Assembly: GCA_025355955.1 (NCBI GenBank)
Contig: JANXYP010000016.1
Coordinates: forward strand, 73 to 64,072
Direction of reading: 5' to 3'
Source: Chloroflexota bacterium
Lineage (GTDB): Bacteria > Chloroflexota > Chloroflexia > QHBQ01
DNA length: 64,000 nucleotides
Positions 9,871 through 18,511 of the stretch are shown here, piece by piece (within the stretch, counting starts at the first letter, position 1; the number at the start of each line of letters is the position of its first letter). The notes under the pieces were generated by a model. That model made no database searches and was not told the origin of the DNA. It saw only the letters and a list, made by a program, of their open reading frames with translations. The position numbers and the translations under genes are program-made.

Positions 9871-10036
9871 TAGATTGCAGATTACAGATTACAGATTACA
9901 GATTACAGATTGCAGATTGCAGATTATCGCTAGCCGAATCAGCCGCACTTGACCACGGTAATGCAATGGAAGATCACACAACCCCCATGCACAATGCGGT
10001 TTACAATCTGCAATCTGCAATCTAAAATCTGCAATT
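9871..10036. repeat. Inverted pair of heptamer arrays: (CAGATTR)x8 at 9871-9926 and (CAATCTG)x~4.5 at 10004-10036
   Basis: The arrays are reverse complements of each other and are separated by 77 nt. The tlyA stop (9939) lies in the loop, and the right array is translated as the tlyA C-terminus. Confidence 0.85.
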
Positions 10037-10835
10037 CCCCGGTCAGTTGCTCGATGCTGGCCGCCACATCCCAGTCAGGAACGGGCGGGCGGCTGATGTA
10101 GGCGAGGAACTCGACGTTCCCGGCCGGGCCGGTGATCGGGGAACGGGCCAACCCACGTAGGTGCAGGGCGAGAGTGGGGTCGGCAGCGGTGTATGCTGTC
10201 AACCAGGCAGCCAGCGCGTGCAACACGGTGCGATGCTGCTCCGGCTTACGCACCACCCCGCCTTTGCCCACCTGCCCCTTGCCCACCTCGAACTGCGGCT
10301 TGACCAACGCGACGATGAAGCCGTCAGCCTTGAGCAGCTTTGCGATGGTGGGTAGCACCAGTTTCAGGCTGATGAACGACACGTCGACCGTAGCGAAGTC
10401 CACCAACTCTGCCAATCCTGCCAGGTAGCGAATGTTGGTCTCATCCACAACCACCACGCGGGCATCTTGGCGTAGCTTCCAGGCCAGTTGACCGCTGCCT
10501 ACGTCAATTGCGTAGACGCGGGCTACGCCGTTCTGCAGCAGGCAATCGGTGAAGCCGCCAGTGGATGCGCCGACATCGGCGGCCACCCTGCCAGGGAGTA
10601 GCGGCAGCAGGCCGAACTCTTGCAAGGCGTGTTCCAGCTTGAGGCCGCCCCGCGAGACGTACTTCAGCCCGCCGCGCACCTCCAGCGCGATGTCAATTGC
10701 CATCGGCGTGCCGGGCTTGTCAATGCGACGCTCGCCGCTGTAGACCTGCCCGGCCATGATCAGCGCCTGCGCCTGTGAGCGCGTCTCCACCAGCCCCCGC
10801 TCGACCAGCAGAACGTCGGGCCGCTCCTTCTTCAC
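9939..10835 (-). CDS. tlyA: TlyA-family rRNA 2'-O-methyltransferase (hemolysin A-like)
   Basis: 298 aa with an S4-like N-terminus (LLVERGLVETRSQAQALIMAGQV) and an FtsJ-type SAM site (DVGASTGGFTDCLL). The last ~30 aa read through the heptamer array. Confidence 0.85.
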   Translation of the reverse strand: MKKERPDVLLVERGLVETRSQAQALIMAGQVYSGERRIDKPGTPMAIDIALEVRGGLKYVSRGGLKLEHALQEFGLLPLLPGRVAADVGASTGGFTDCLLQNGVARVYAIDVGSGQLAWKLRQDARVVVVDETNIRYLAGLAELVDFATVDVSFISLKLVLPTIAKLLKADGFIVALVKPQFEVGKGQVGKGGVVRKPEQHRTVLHALAAWLTAYTAADPTLALHLRGLARSPITGPAGNVEFLAYISRPPVPDWDVAASIEQLTGELQILDCRLQIVNRIVHGGCVIFHCITVVKCG

Positions 10836-11338
10836 GAGCCGGTTCCCTCGATTAGCGCGGTAAAGCGGGCGGAGTGAATGTGGCAGATGGCAAGGGCGAG
10901 ACCGTCGGCGGCATCGTCGGGCTGTGGCACGCTCTTCAGGGCCAGCATCAGCCGCACCATCTCCTGCATCTGCGCCTTGTCTGCCCGCCCATAGCCACCC
11001 ACCGCCTGCTTCACCTGCAAGGGGGTGTACTCGAAGACGGGAACGTTGCGATGCGCGGCGGCGAGGATGGCTACCCCTCGGGCGTGGCCCACGCTGATCG
11101 CGGTGCTGACGTTCTTGGTGAAGAACAACTCCTCCACCGACATCGCTTCCGGTTGATACCGATCCAGTACATCCAGCACCCCGGCATAGAGCAAGGGAAG
11201 GCGCTCCACCAGCGGCGCTTTGGCCCGCGTGGTGAGCGCCCCATAATCTACCATGATCAGTTTGCCGCGACTGGCATCGCTATCCACTACGCCCCAGCCC
11301 ATGATCGCGGTACCCGGGTCCAGCCCCATCACCCGCAC
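10832..11338 (-). CDS. ruvC: Holliday junction resolvase RuvC
   Basis: 168 aa with MGLDPGTAIMGWGVV at the start and a C-terminal DAADGLALAICH motif. Confidence 0.9.
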   Translation of the reverse strand: MRVMGLDPGTAIMGWGVVDSDASRGKLIMVDYGALTTRAKAPLVERLPLLYAGVLDVLDRYQPEAMSVEELFFTKNVSTAISVGHARGVAILAAAHRNVPVFEYTPLQVKQAVGGYGRADKAQMQEMVRLMLALKSVPQPDDAADGLALAICHIHSARFTALIEGTGS

Positions 11339-11343
11339 GGCGG

Positions 11344-12102
11344 TCAGCCTTCCATCGCGGCCATCGCCGCCTCGGTAAGCTCAAGGTTGGTATACACCTG
11401 CTGCACATCGTCAAGCTCCTCCAGACGTTCGACCATCTTCAGTACCTGCTCGGTCTCCTTGGGGCCAAGCTCTACCGTAGTGGTGGGGGTCATGGTGCGC
11501 TCGGCGGAAATTACCTTCAGCCCCTGGGCAGTCAACCCCGACTCAGCCGCCTTCAGTTCGGTGGAGGCAACGTAGACATCAATCAATCCCTCATCGCCGC
11601 CCTCCTTCACGTCGTCCGCGCCCGCATCAATCGCTGCTAGTTCCACCTCGTCCAGGGGCTTGCCGTCACTGTCAACTGTAAGCAACCCCTGAGCCTTGAA
11701 CATCCACATCACCGAGCCGTTTTCGCCGAGGCTGCCACCGCCACGGGTGAAGGTCGAGCGAATCTCGCCGACGGTGCGGTTGCGATTGTCGGTAAGCGCC
11801 TGCACGATAATCGCCGAGCCGTGTGGCCCATAGCCTTCGTACATCACCTCCTCGAACGCGGCCCCGCCTTCGCCGCCACCCACGCCACGGTCAATCGAGC
11901 GTTGGATGCTGTCGGCAGGCATACTTTCAGATCTAGCGTGCTGCACCGCGATGCGTAGGCGAAAATTGGAGTCGAGGCTAGCGCCACCCTCCTTCGCCGC
12001 TACGGTGATCTCACGGGCCAGCTTGGTGAACAACTGGCCGCGCCGCGAGTCGGTGATTTCCTTCTTGCGACGGATAGTCGCCCATTTGGAGTGTCCAGAC
12101 AT
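11344..12102 (-). CDS. YebC/PmpR family transcriptional regulator
   Basis: MSGHSKWATIRRKK is the canonical N-terminus, preceded by GAGGAG. The ORF-track start at 12132 adds 10 aa. Confidence 0.9.
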   Translation of the reverse strand: MSGHSKWATIRRKKEITDSRRGQLFTKLAREITVAAKEGGASLDSNFRLRIAVQHARSESMPADSIQRSIDRGVGGGEGGAAFEEVMYEGYGPHGSAIIVQALTDNRNRTVGEIRSTFTRGGGSLGENGSVMWMFKAQGLLTVDSDGKPLDEVELAAIDAGADDVKEGGDEGLIDVYVASTELKAAESGLTAQGLKVISAERTMTPTTTVELGPKETEQVLKMVERLEELDDVQQVYTNLELTEAAMAAMEG

Positions 12103-12224
12103 GACTTTGCTCCTCTGCAAAGATTGTGGCAATTAGCTGGGGCGCATCTGCCCCGCTGGTTGCCCGCAATTATACCATGCTGTTTGCAATTTGGGCAAGC
12201 GGTATGAAACAGTGGATCAGGCTC

Positions 12225-12254
12225 TTGACAAATGCCGATCACTCGCTCTATAAT
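12225..12254 (+). promoter_or_regulatory. Sigma70-type promoter (TTGACA, 18-bp spacer, TATAAT)
   Basis: TTGACA at 12225-12230 and TATAAT at 12249-12254. It would give a ~335-nt leader before the liv-type operon. Confidence 0.6.
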
Positions 12255-12590
12255 GCGCGCAACCCGACCCGGTTTTGGCTAACTGTAACCGCTTGCGTGG
12301 CCCGCTTGCTTTACCCTTCCCCCTCGGTAACGGTGGGATGCATCGGAAATAAGAGCAGGGTTATAGCACACAGGCAGTTTTACCCCGAAATCAGGCAACC
12401 AGCAACTTCCACGAAACCAGGCTATGCCGCGCTCATGCTAGCAGTCTGGCCGGGCAGCATTTGACTGAAGCGAAGGTTGTAGAGCGCAATGGGGATGATC
12501 AAGCTGGCAAGGGTGTAGAATTGATTGCAGCCACGCAACGTGGCGCAGCTGCAAGCACAACCGTTAGTTTCCTAAAGGAGGAAAAGTTAG

Positions 12591-14057
12591 ATGAAGGTAA
12601 TAAAGAGACTAGGTACGCTAACCGCCGCTCTGCTGCTCACCAGCATGATCCTGAGCGCCTGCGGTGGCACTACTGCGACCAACACGCCAGTACCAGCCCC
12701 CACCACGGCGGCAGTAGCTAGCCCCACCGCAGCGGCTGCTCCCGCCGCCACTGCGACCACCGCCGCAATGGTGATGACCACTACGATCAGCACTGGCTCG
12801 GCAGCCACGCCTACCGCAGGCATGGCAGTGACCGGCACCTCGACGATTAGTGCGACCGCGATTCCCTCAGCCCCGACCGTAGTAGTTGGTGAGAAGGGCA
12901 GCAAGGGCGTGATCAAGATTGCAGTCGACCTGCCCACCAGCGGCGCGGATGCCTCCGATGGTATCCCCACCCGCAACGGTGTCCAGCTTGCCATCGAGCA
13001 GGCCAACGCCGCTGGCGAAGTCGTTCCCGGCTACAAGCTGGAGATGTACGCCCTCGATGATGCGGTCAATGGCGTTCACGACCCGCAGCAGGGTGCGTCC
13101 AACGCCGACCAGTTCATCGCTGACGATACCGTTGTCGGCATGGTTGGCCCCTTCAACAGCAGCGTGGCCAAGGCGGAGATGCCCAAGCTCAACCAGGCCA
13201 ACCTCGCCAACATCAGCCCGGCCAACACCAACGAGACCCTGACCAAGCCAGAATACGGCCAGACCAAGACCTACCGGCCCACCGGCAATATAACCTACTT
13301 CCGCGTCTGCACCACCGACGACATCCAGGGGCCAGAGGGGGCTGACTACGCCTTCGACAAGCTCAAGTTCAAGACTGTCTACGTCCTGGACGACCAGGAG
13401 ACCTACGGCCAGGGCATCTCCAACAACTTCGCCAAGGAGTTCGCCAAGAAGGGCGGCACCGTGGTCGACGGCAACTCCCACGGCGTGCCGAAGGGTACCA
13501 CCGACTTCAAGAGCATCCTGGACACCATCGCAGCGGCCAAGCCCGACTTCGTCTACTACGGCGGCACCACCTCGAACGGCATCGGCCTGTTCCGCAAGCA
13601 GATGAAGGACAAGCTGCCCAGCATGGTGCTATTCGGCGGTGATGGTATCGTCGAGAAGCAGTTCCTCGACGATGGTGGCGACAACGCCAACGGCGCTTAC
13701 GGCACAGTTGCAGCCGTCGATGCCACCAAGCTGCCCGAGGCCAAGGCTTTCATCGATGCCTACAACGCACATGGCTTCAAGGAGGCGCTCGGTGCCTACA
13801 GCGCCAACTCCTACGAGGCCGCCAACATCATCATTGCCTCGATTAAGGCCAGCGCGAGCAAGTGGAGCGACAGCGACGCTGCCGCCAACCGCGAAGCGGT
13901 GCGCGCCGCGATTGCCGCAACCAAGGACTACCACGGGGTCATCGGCGTGACCGGCTTCGACACAAACGGCGACACCACCAACAAGATCATCAGCATCTAC
14001 GAAGTGGTGAGCAACGCCTGGACCGTGGTCGACCAGGCCCGCTTCGGCGGCCAGTAA
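12591..14057 (+). CDS. Branched-chain amino-acid ABC transporter substrate-binding lipoprotein (LivK/LivJ-like)
   Basis: 488 aa. It has a lipobox (LLLTSMILSAC), a ~90-aa Ala/Thr/Pro linker and then a periplasmic Leu/Ile/Val-binding-type domain. It is the first gene of the operon and has the RBS AAGGAGG. Confidence 0.85.
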   Translation: MKVIKRLGTLTAALLLTSMILSACGGTTATNTPVPAPTTAAVASPTAAAAPAATATTAAMVMTTTISTGSAATPTAGMAVTGTSTISATAIPSAPTVVVGEKGSKGVIKIAVDLPTSGADASDGIPTRNGVQLAIEQANAAGEVVPGYKLEMYALDDAVNGVHDPQQGASNADQFIADDTVVGMVGPFNSSVAKAEMPKLNQANLANISPANTNETLTKPEYGQTKTYRPTGNITYFRVCTTDDIQGPEGADYAFDKLKFKTVYVLDDQETYGQGISNNFAKEFAKKGGTVVDGNSHGVPKGTTDFKSILDTIAAAKPDFVYYGGTTSNGIGLFRKQMKDKLPSMVLFGGDGIVEKQFLDDGGDNANGAYGTVAAVDATKLPEAKAFIDAYNAHGFKEALGAYSANSYEAANIIIASIKASASKWSDSDAAANREAVRAAIAATKDYHGVIGVTGFDTNGDTTNKIISIYEVVSNAWTVVDQARFGGQ

Positions 14058-14158
14058 TCGCTCTGGCAAGCTGGCGATAGGCGGCTTGCAATGCAGGAAG
14101 GGCAGCGGCGTAGCACCGCCGCCCTTCCTGCTATATAAATCCAAATGGAGAGCTAGCA

Positions 14159-15100
14159 ATGGAATTGTTCGTTCAGCAGTTGCTCGATGGCATCGTCAAG
14201 GGTTCAATCTATGCCCTAATCGCGCTGGGCTACACGATGGTCTATGGCATCGTCGAGCTAATCAACTTTGCCCATGGTGACATCTTTATGCTTGGCAGTT
14301 TCATCGCTCTGGCAGTGCTAGGCTGGTTCGGGGTAGCAATTAACCCCCAGAATCAGGCCGGGTTGGTGCAAGGTGGCTTCTTCCCCACTTTGATAATTAT
14401 CGTACTCACCTTGCTGATTGCAATGTTGTTGACTGGCATCATTGGCGTGCTGGTCGAGCGCATCGCCTACCGCCCACTACGCAATGCGCCAAGGCTGGCT
14501 CCGCTCATCTCCGCTATTGGTATGTCGTTCATCCTGCAGAACATCGGCCAGATCTGGCATGGCCCTGCCGCTGTCTCCTACCCCGAGGTCTTCCCCACCG
14601 GCACCATCCATGTTACCTCCGGCATAAGCGTCGCCTGGAAGGATATTTTTGTCGTAGTTGTCTGTGTGATGCTTATGGTCATTCTCCAAACGTTCGTGCA
14701 GCGTACCAAGCTAGGCAAAGCGATGCGCGCCACCGCCCAGGATTATGATACCTCGAAGTTGATGGGTATCAACGTCAACATGACCATTACCTTGACCTTC
14801 TTCATTGGCGCCCTACTGGCGGGGGCGGCAGGATTGATTTACGGGTTGTCTATTCACTCGATGCAATTCACCATAGGCGCTCAGGCGGGCCTCAAAGCCT
14901 TCACCGCTGCCGTACTTGGCGGCATCGGTAATATCCCAGGCGCGATGCTCGGTGGCTTCCTCATCGGCATCGTCGAGGCGATGAGCGATCAGTATATCTC
15001 ATCCGCCTGGACTCCAGTAGTTGTATTCGGCATCTTGATTTTGATATTGACCCTGCGACCATCGGGGCTGCTCGGCCAACAAGTGCCGGAGCGGGCGTAG
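14159..15100 (+). CDS. livH: Branched-chain amino-acid ABC transporter permease (LivH-type)
   Basis: 313 aa, polytopic, with the LivH-type N-terminus MELFVQQLLDGIVKGSIYALIALGYTMVYG. Confidence 0.85.
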   Translation: MELFVQQLLDGIVKGSIYALIALGYTMVYGIVELINFAHGDIFMLGSFIALAVLGWFGVAINPQNQAGLVQGGFFPTLIIIVLTLLIAMLLTGIIGVLVERIAYRPLRNAPRLAPLISAIGMSFILQNIGQIWHGPAAVSYPEVFPTGTIHVTSGISVAWKDIFVVVVCVMLMVILQTFVQRTKLGKAMRATAQDYDTSKLMGINVNMTITLTFFIGALLAGAAGLIYGLSIHSMQFTIGAQAGLKAFTAAVLGGIGNIPGAMLGGFLIGIVEAMSDQYISSAWTPVVVFGILILILTLRPSGLLGQQVPERA

Positions 15101-15118
15101 CGCGGAGGGAGCGAGATC

Positions 15119-16501
15119 ATGCAAAAAGCAATTCAGCCAACTTCAAAATCCCGGCTTGCGCGCGCCACCGAGCAGCGCTTCACCCGCACCGCCCTAATTG
15201 TAATGGGCCTCGTCCTGCTGTTCCTGTTTGTTCTGCCCTTGGTCTACAACAAGGCCAACCTCAAAGCCTGGGGGATACAGCCGTTCTTCGGGGTGCAGCC
15301 CCCCGCGCTGATCGGCCAACTGGCTGATGCCGCCCAGTACGTGTTGCTCGCCCTCGGCCTCAACATCGTGGTTGGCTTCGCTGGCCTGCTCGACCTCGGT
15401 TATGCCGCCTTCTTCGCCATCGGCGCATACACCTACGCCTTCCTTGCCTCGCCGCAACTCTCCACTGTCACCCACGGCGCGATTGATATCCACCTCTCCT
15501 TCTGGCTGATCATCTTCATCTCCGCGCTGGTCGCGGCGATATTTGGCGCGCTGTTGGGCGCACCCACCCTGCGCTTGCGCGGCGATTATTTGGCAATCGT
15601 CACCCTCGGCTTCGGCGAGATTGTTCCCGCTGTCTTCCTCAACCTCAACACCGTGCCGCTTACCCGAGGATTGACCGGCGGACCAGACGGCATCAGCGGC
15701 ATCGACCCGCCCGGCATTGCCACCTTCGGCCTCGGTAGCGATATCTGCCCCAAGCTAAGCATGGCAGCGAACGGTGCCACCGGCGGTTGCTCCTTCTCTT
15801 CCAACCATGCTGAACCGTACTACTACCTGGCTATCATCATCGTGGTGATCCTCATCTTTGCGGTTACCAACCTACGCAGCTCGCGGCTGGGGCGCGCCTG
15901 GATGGCGATCCGCGAGGACGAAATTGCCGCCGCCGCGATGGGTATTGATACGGTCAGGGCCAAGCTGCTCGCCTTCTCCACTGGCGCGGCTCTTGCCGGT
16001 GTAGCGGGCGCGATGTTCGCCTCCAAGCTGCAGCTGGTCGGCCCCGGCAGTTTTAGCTTCACCGTTTCGGTATTCGTTCTCTGCATGATCATCCTGGGCG
16101 GCATCGGCAACATCTATGGGGTAATCGCAGGCGCGGTCATCCTCCAGCTTACCCAGTCGGTGTTCCTCACCAACCTGCCCAACAACCTGCACGACCTGGG
16201 AACGAAGAATCACATTGACTTTCTGGCGAACACCGACTGGGCAGGTCTCAAGTTCCTCATCTATGGCCTCATCCTGGTTGTGCTGATGATCGTCAGGCCG
16301 GAGGGGCTGATTCCCAGCGCCCGGCGCAAAGCCGAGCTGCATGGAGATACCGGCGAACCAGCCGCCGAGGTGGCGGGTGTGGGCGCGCTCCGCAACGATG
16401 AGACCGAGCGGGCCAACCCCATCGCCAGAGCAGAGCGCGAGAGCCTCTACGATGTGCGCGACGAGGATGAGTCGCACTCGTCGGATGTGGATAAGATCTA
16501 G
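15119..16501 (+). CDS. livM: Branched-chain amino-acid ABC transporter permease (LivM-type)
   Basis: 460 aa, polytopic, with LALGLNIVVGFAGLLDLGYAAFFAIGAY typical of LivM. It has an acidic C-terminal tail. Confidence 0.85.
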   Translation: MQKAIQPTSKSRLARATEQRFTRTALIVMGLVLLFLFVLPLVYNKANLKAWGIQPFFGVQPPALIGQLADAAQYVLLALGLNIVVGFAGLLDLGYAAFFAIGAYTYAFLASPQLSTVTHGAIDIHLSFWLIIFISALVAAIFGALLGAPTLRLRGDYLAIVTLGFGEIVPAVFLNLNTVPLTRGLTGGPDGISGIDPPGIATFGLGSDICPKLSMAANGATGGCSFSSNHAEPYYYLAIIIVVILIFAVTNLRSSRLGRAWMAIREDEIAAAAMGIDTVRAKLLAFSTGAALAGVAGAMFASKLQLVGPGSFSFTVSVFVLCMIILGGIGNIYGVIAGAVILQLTQSVFLTNLPNNLHDLGTKNHIDFLANTDWAGLKFLIYGLILVVLMIVRPEGLIPSARRKAELHGDTGEPAAEVAGVGALRNDETERANPIARAERESLYDVRDEDESHSSDVDKI

Positions 16502-16571
16502 TCTGTTAGGGCGGGATTACACACGCCCAATCTGACCCTCTCCAATTCAGGTTGAGGGCGGGGCTGATGGT

Positions 16572-17387
16572 TTGGAGGAACTAATGGCGCTCCTGGAAGC
16601 AAGCAAGATACTGAAGCAGTTTGGCGGCCTCACCGCCGTCAACAAGGTGGATTTCGACATCCCCCAGAACTCAATCGTCAGCTTGATCGGGCCGAATGGC
16701 GCAGGTAAAACCACCCTGTTCAACATCATCACCGGCTTGTATAAGCCTACTGGCGGCAGCATCGTCTTCGACGGCATGAACGTGACCGGCGCACCACCCA
16801 ACCGCATCACCGAAATGGGCGTGGCCCGCACCTTCCAGAACATCCGCCTGTTCGCCAACATGACTGCGTTGGAGAACGTGCTGGTCGGGGCGCACAGCCG
16901 AATGAAGGCGGGTCTGTTCGGTGCCGTCTTCCGCACCCCCGCCACCCGCGCCGAGGAGGCAAGGATGGCTGACCGGGGCATAGAGCTACTTGAGTTCGTC
17001 GGGTTGGCGGGCAAGGAGGAGGAGTACGCCAAGAACCTCCCCTATGGCGACCAGCGTCGCCTGGAGATCGCCCGCGCTCTCGCTAGCGACCCCAAGCTGC
17101 TGCTGCTCGACGAGCCAACCGCCGGTATGAACCCCAACGAAACCCGCGAGATGACTGGCTTCATCGGCCGCCTGCGTAGCGAGCGCGGCCTCTCCATTCT
17201 GCTCATCGAACACGACATGAAGGTGGTAATGGGCATCTCCGATCGCGTGTCGGTGCTGGACTACGGCGTGAAGATTGCCGAAGGCACCCCCGCCGAGATA
17301 CGCAGCAACCCCCGTGTCATCGAGGCCTACCTGGGCAAGGGTGGCGGCAGCCCGATGAAGCAGGACGCGACCCAAGCTGAGTGCTGA
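16572..17387 (+). CDS. livG: Branched-chain amino-acid ABC transporter ATP-binding protein (LivG-type)
   Basis: Walker A GPNGAGKTT, signature YGDQRRLEIARAL and Walker B LLLLDEP. The TGA stop lies inside the (GCTGAGT) array. Confidence 0.9.
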   Translation: MEELMALLEASKILKQFGGLTAVNKVDFDIPQNSIVSLIGPNGAGKTTLFNIITGLYKPTGGSIVFDGMNVTGAPPNRITEMGVARTFQNIRLFANMTALENVLVGAHSRMKAGLFGAVFRTPATRAEEARMADRGIELLEFVGLAGKEEEYAKNLPYGDQRRLEIARALASDPKLLLLDEPTAGMNPNETREMTGFIGRLRSERGLSILLIEHDMKVVMGISDRVSVLDYGVKIAEGTPAEIRSNPRVIEAYLGKGGGSPMKQDATQAEC

Positions 17388-17562
17388 GTGCTGAGTGCTG
17401 AGTGCTGAGTGGCAAAAAGCCCCCAGCGGGGGTTGGGGGAGAACTCTCGAAGCGTTTGAGTGGCAAAAAGCCCCCAGCGGGGGTTTGGGGGGGAACTCTC
17501 GAGCGTTACCATGCTGATTGCAACGACCAACCCACAACTTTCAACTTTCAACTTTCAACTTC
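17376..17562. repeat. Composite repeat spacer: (GCTGAGT)x5, two ~50-bp terminator-like units, then (CAACTTT)x4
   Basis: (GCTGAGT)x5 occupies 17376-17410. GAGTGGCAAAAAGCCCCCAGCGGGGGTTKGGGG..GAACTCTCGA.GCGTT occurs at 17407-17456 and again at 17458-17507. (CAACTTT)x4 occupies 17535-17562. Confidence 0.85.
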
Positions 17563-17578
17563 CTATAAAGGAACCGTC

Positions 17579-18355
17579 ATGCAGGCAACTACACCAGTTA
17601 ACGAACCGCTGAAGCAGCAGATTATCAGCCAGCAGCAGGGCGAACCGATGCTGGACGTGCGCGGCATCGAAACCTACTATGGGAATATCCGAGCGCTGGC
17701 AGGCATCTCGCTGAAGATATTCAACGGCGAGGTCGTCACCTTGATCGGTGCGAATGGCGCGGGCAAGACCACCACCCTGCGTACCATCTCCGGCATCACC
17801 CCACCGCGACGTGGCACCATCACGTTGAACGGGCAGCGCATCGATCGGGTGGCCCCTGAGCAGATCGTGCGCCGTGGTATGTCACACGCGCCGGAGGGCC
17901 GCCGCATCTTCAGCCGCATGAGCGTGCAGGAGAACCTGGAGATGGGCGCGTTCGCCCGCAACGACCGCGCCGCCATTGCCGAAGACATGGAGCGGGTGCT
18001 AACCCTGTTTCCCCGCCTGCGTGAACGCTTGCAGCAGAAGGGGGGCCTGCTCTCCGGCGGAGAGCAGCAGATGCTGGCAATCGGGCGCGCCCTGATGAGC
18101 CGCCCCAAGCTGTTGCTGCTCGATGAGCCCAGTATGGGGCTATCGCCGATCCTGATCGAGACAATCTTCCAGATCGTCAGCGACATCAACAAGCAGGGAA
18201 CCACTATCCTGCTAGTGGAGCAGAACGCGCTGCAGGCCCTCAGCGTTTCGCATCGCGGCTACGTAATGCAAACTGGTCAGATAGTCCTCGAAGATACTGG
18301 CGCGAACCTGCTCAAGAGCGAGATGGTGCGCAAGGCTTACCTGGGGGAGGAATAA
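17579..18355 (+). CDS. livF: Branched-chain amino-acid ABC transporter ATP-binding protein (LivF-type)
   Basis: Walker A GANGAGKTT, signature LSGGEQQMLAIGRAL and Walker B LLLLDEPS. The ATG at 17579 follows AAAGGAA. The ORF-track start at 17402 would translate the intergenic repeats. Confidence 0.88.
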   Translation: MQATTPVNEPLKQQIISQQQGEPMLDVRGIETYYGNIRALAGISLKIFNGEVVTLIGANGAGKTTTLRTISGITPPRRGTITLNGQRIDRVAPEQIVRRGMSHAPEGRRIFSRMSVQENLEMGAFARNDRAAIAEDMERVLTLFPRLRERLQQKGGLLSGGEQQMLAIGRALMSRPKLLLLDEPSMGLSPILIETIFQIVSDINKQGTTILLVEQNALQALSVSHRGYVMQTGQIVLEDTGANLLKSEMVRKAYLGEE

Positions 18356-18376
18356 GGGGATTAAAGATTAAAGACG

Positions 18377-18445
18377 CAGGGGCGCAAATTCATTGCGCCC
18401 TGGTGGGTAAGACACCAATGTTGGGGCGCACAGCACTGCGCCCTT
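18377..18445. repeat. Two GC hairpin repeats of the CCAGGGCG..CGCCCC family
   Basis: CAGGGGCGCAAATTCATTGCGCCCTGG at 18377-18403 and TTGGGGCGCACAGCACTGCGCCCTT at 18421-18445, downstream of livF. Confidence 0.7.
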
Positions 18446-18511
18446 CTTGCTGCGCCCGCCCTATGCTATAATACCGCCAGAGGCAGCAAGCAACGAGCAG
18501 CAGGGGGAGCA

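Noticed and set aside
17402-17578. ORF-track N-terminal extension of livF (59 aa); likewise 61004-61120 for the GH/SLH gene, 20325-20375 for gpmI and 28988-29032 for rplK
   Set aside because: The extensions translate intergenic repeats or lack an RBS. Internal starts with Shine-Dalgarno sequences reproduce canonical N-termini.
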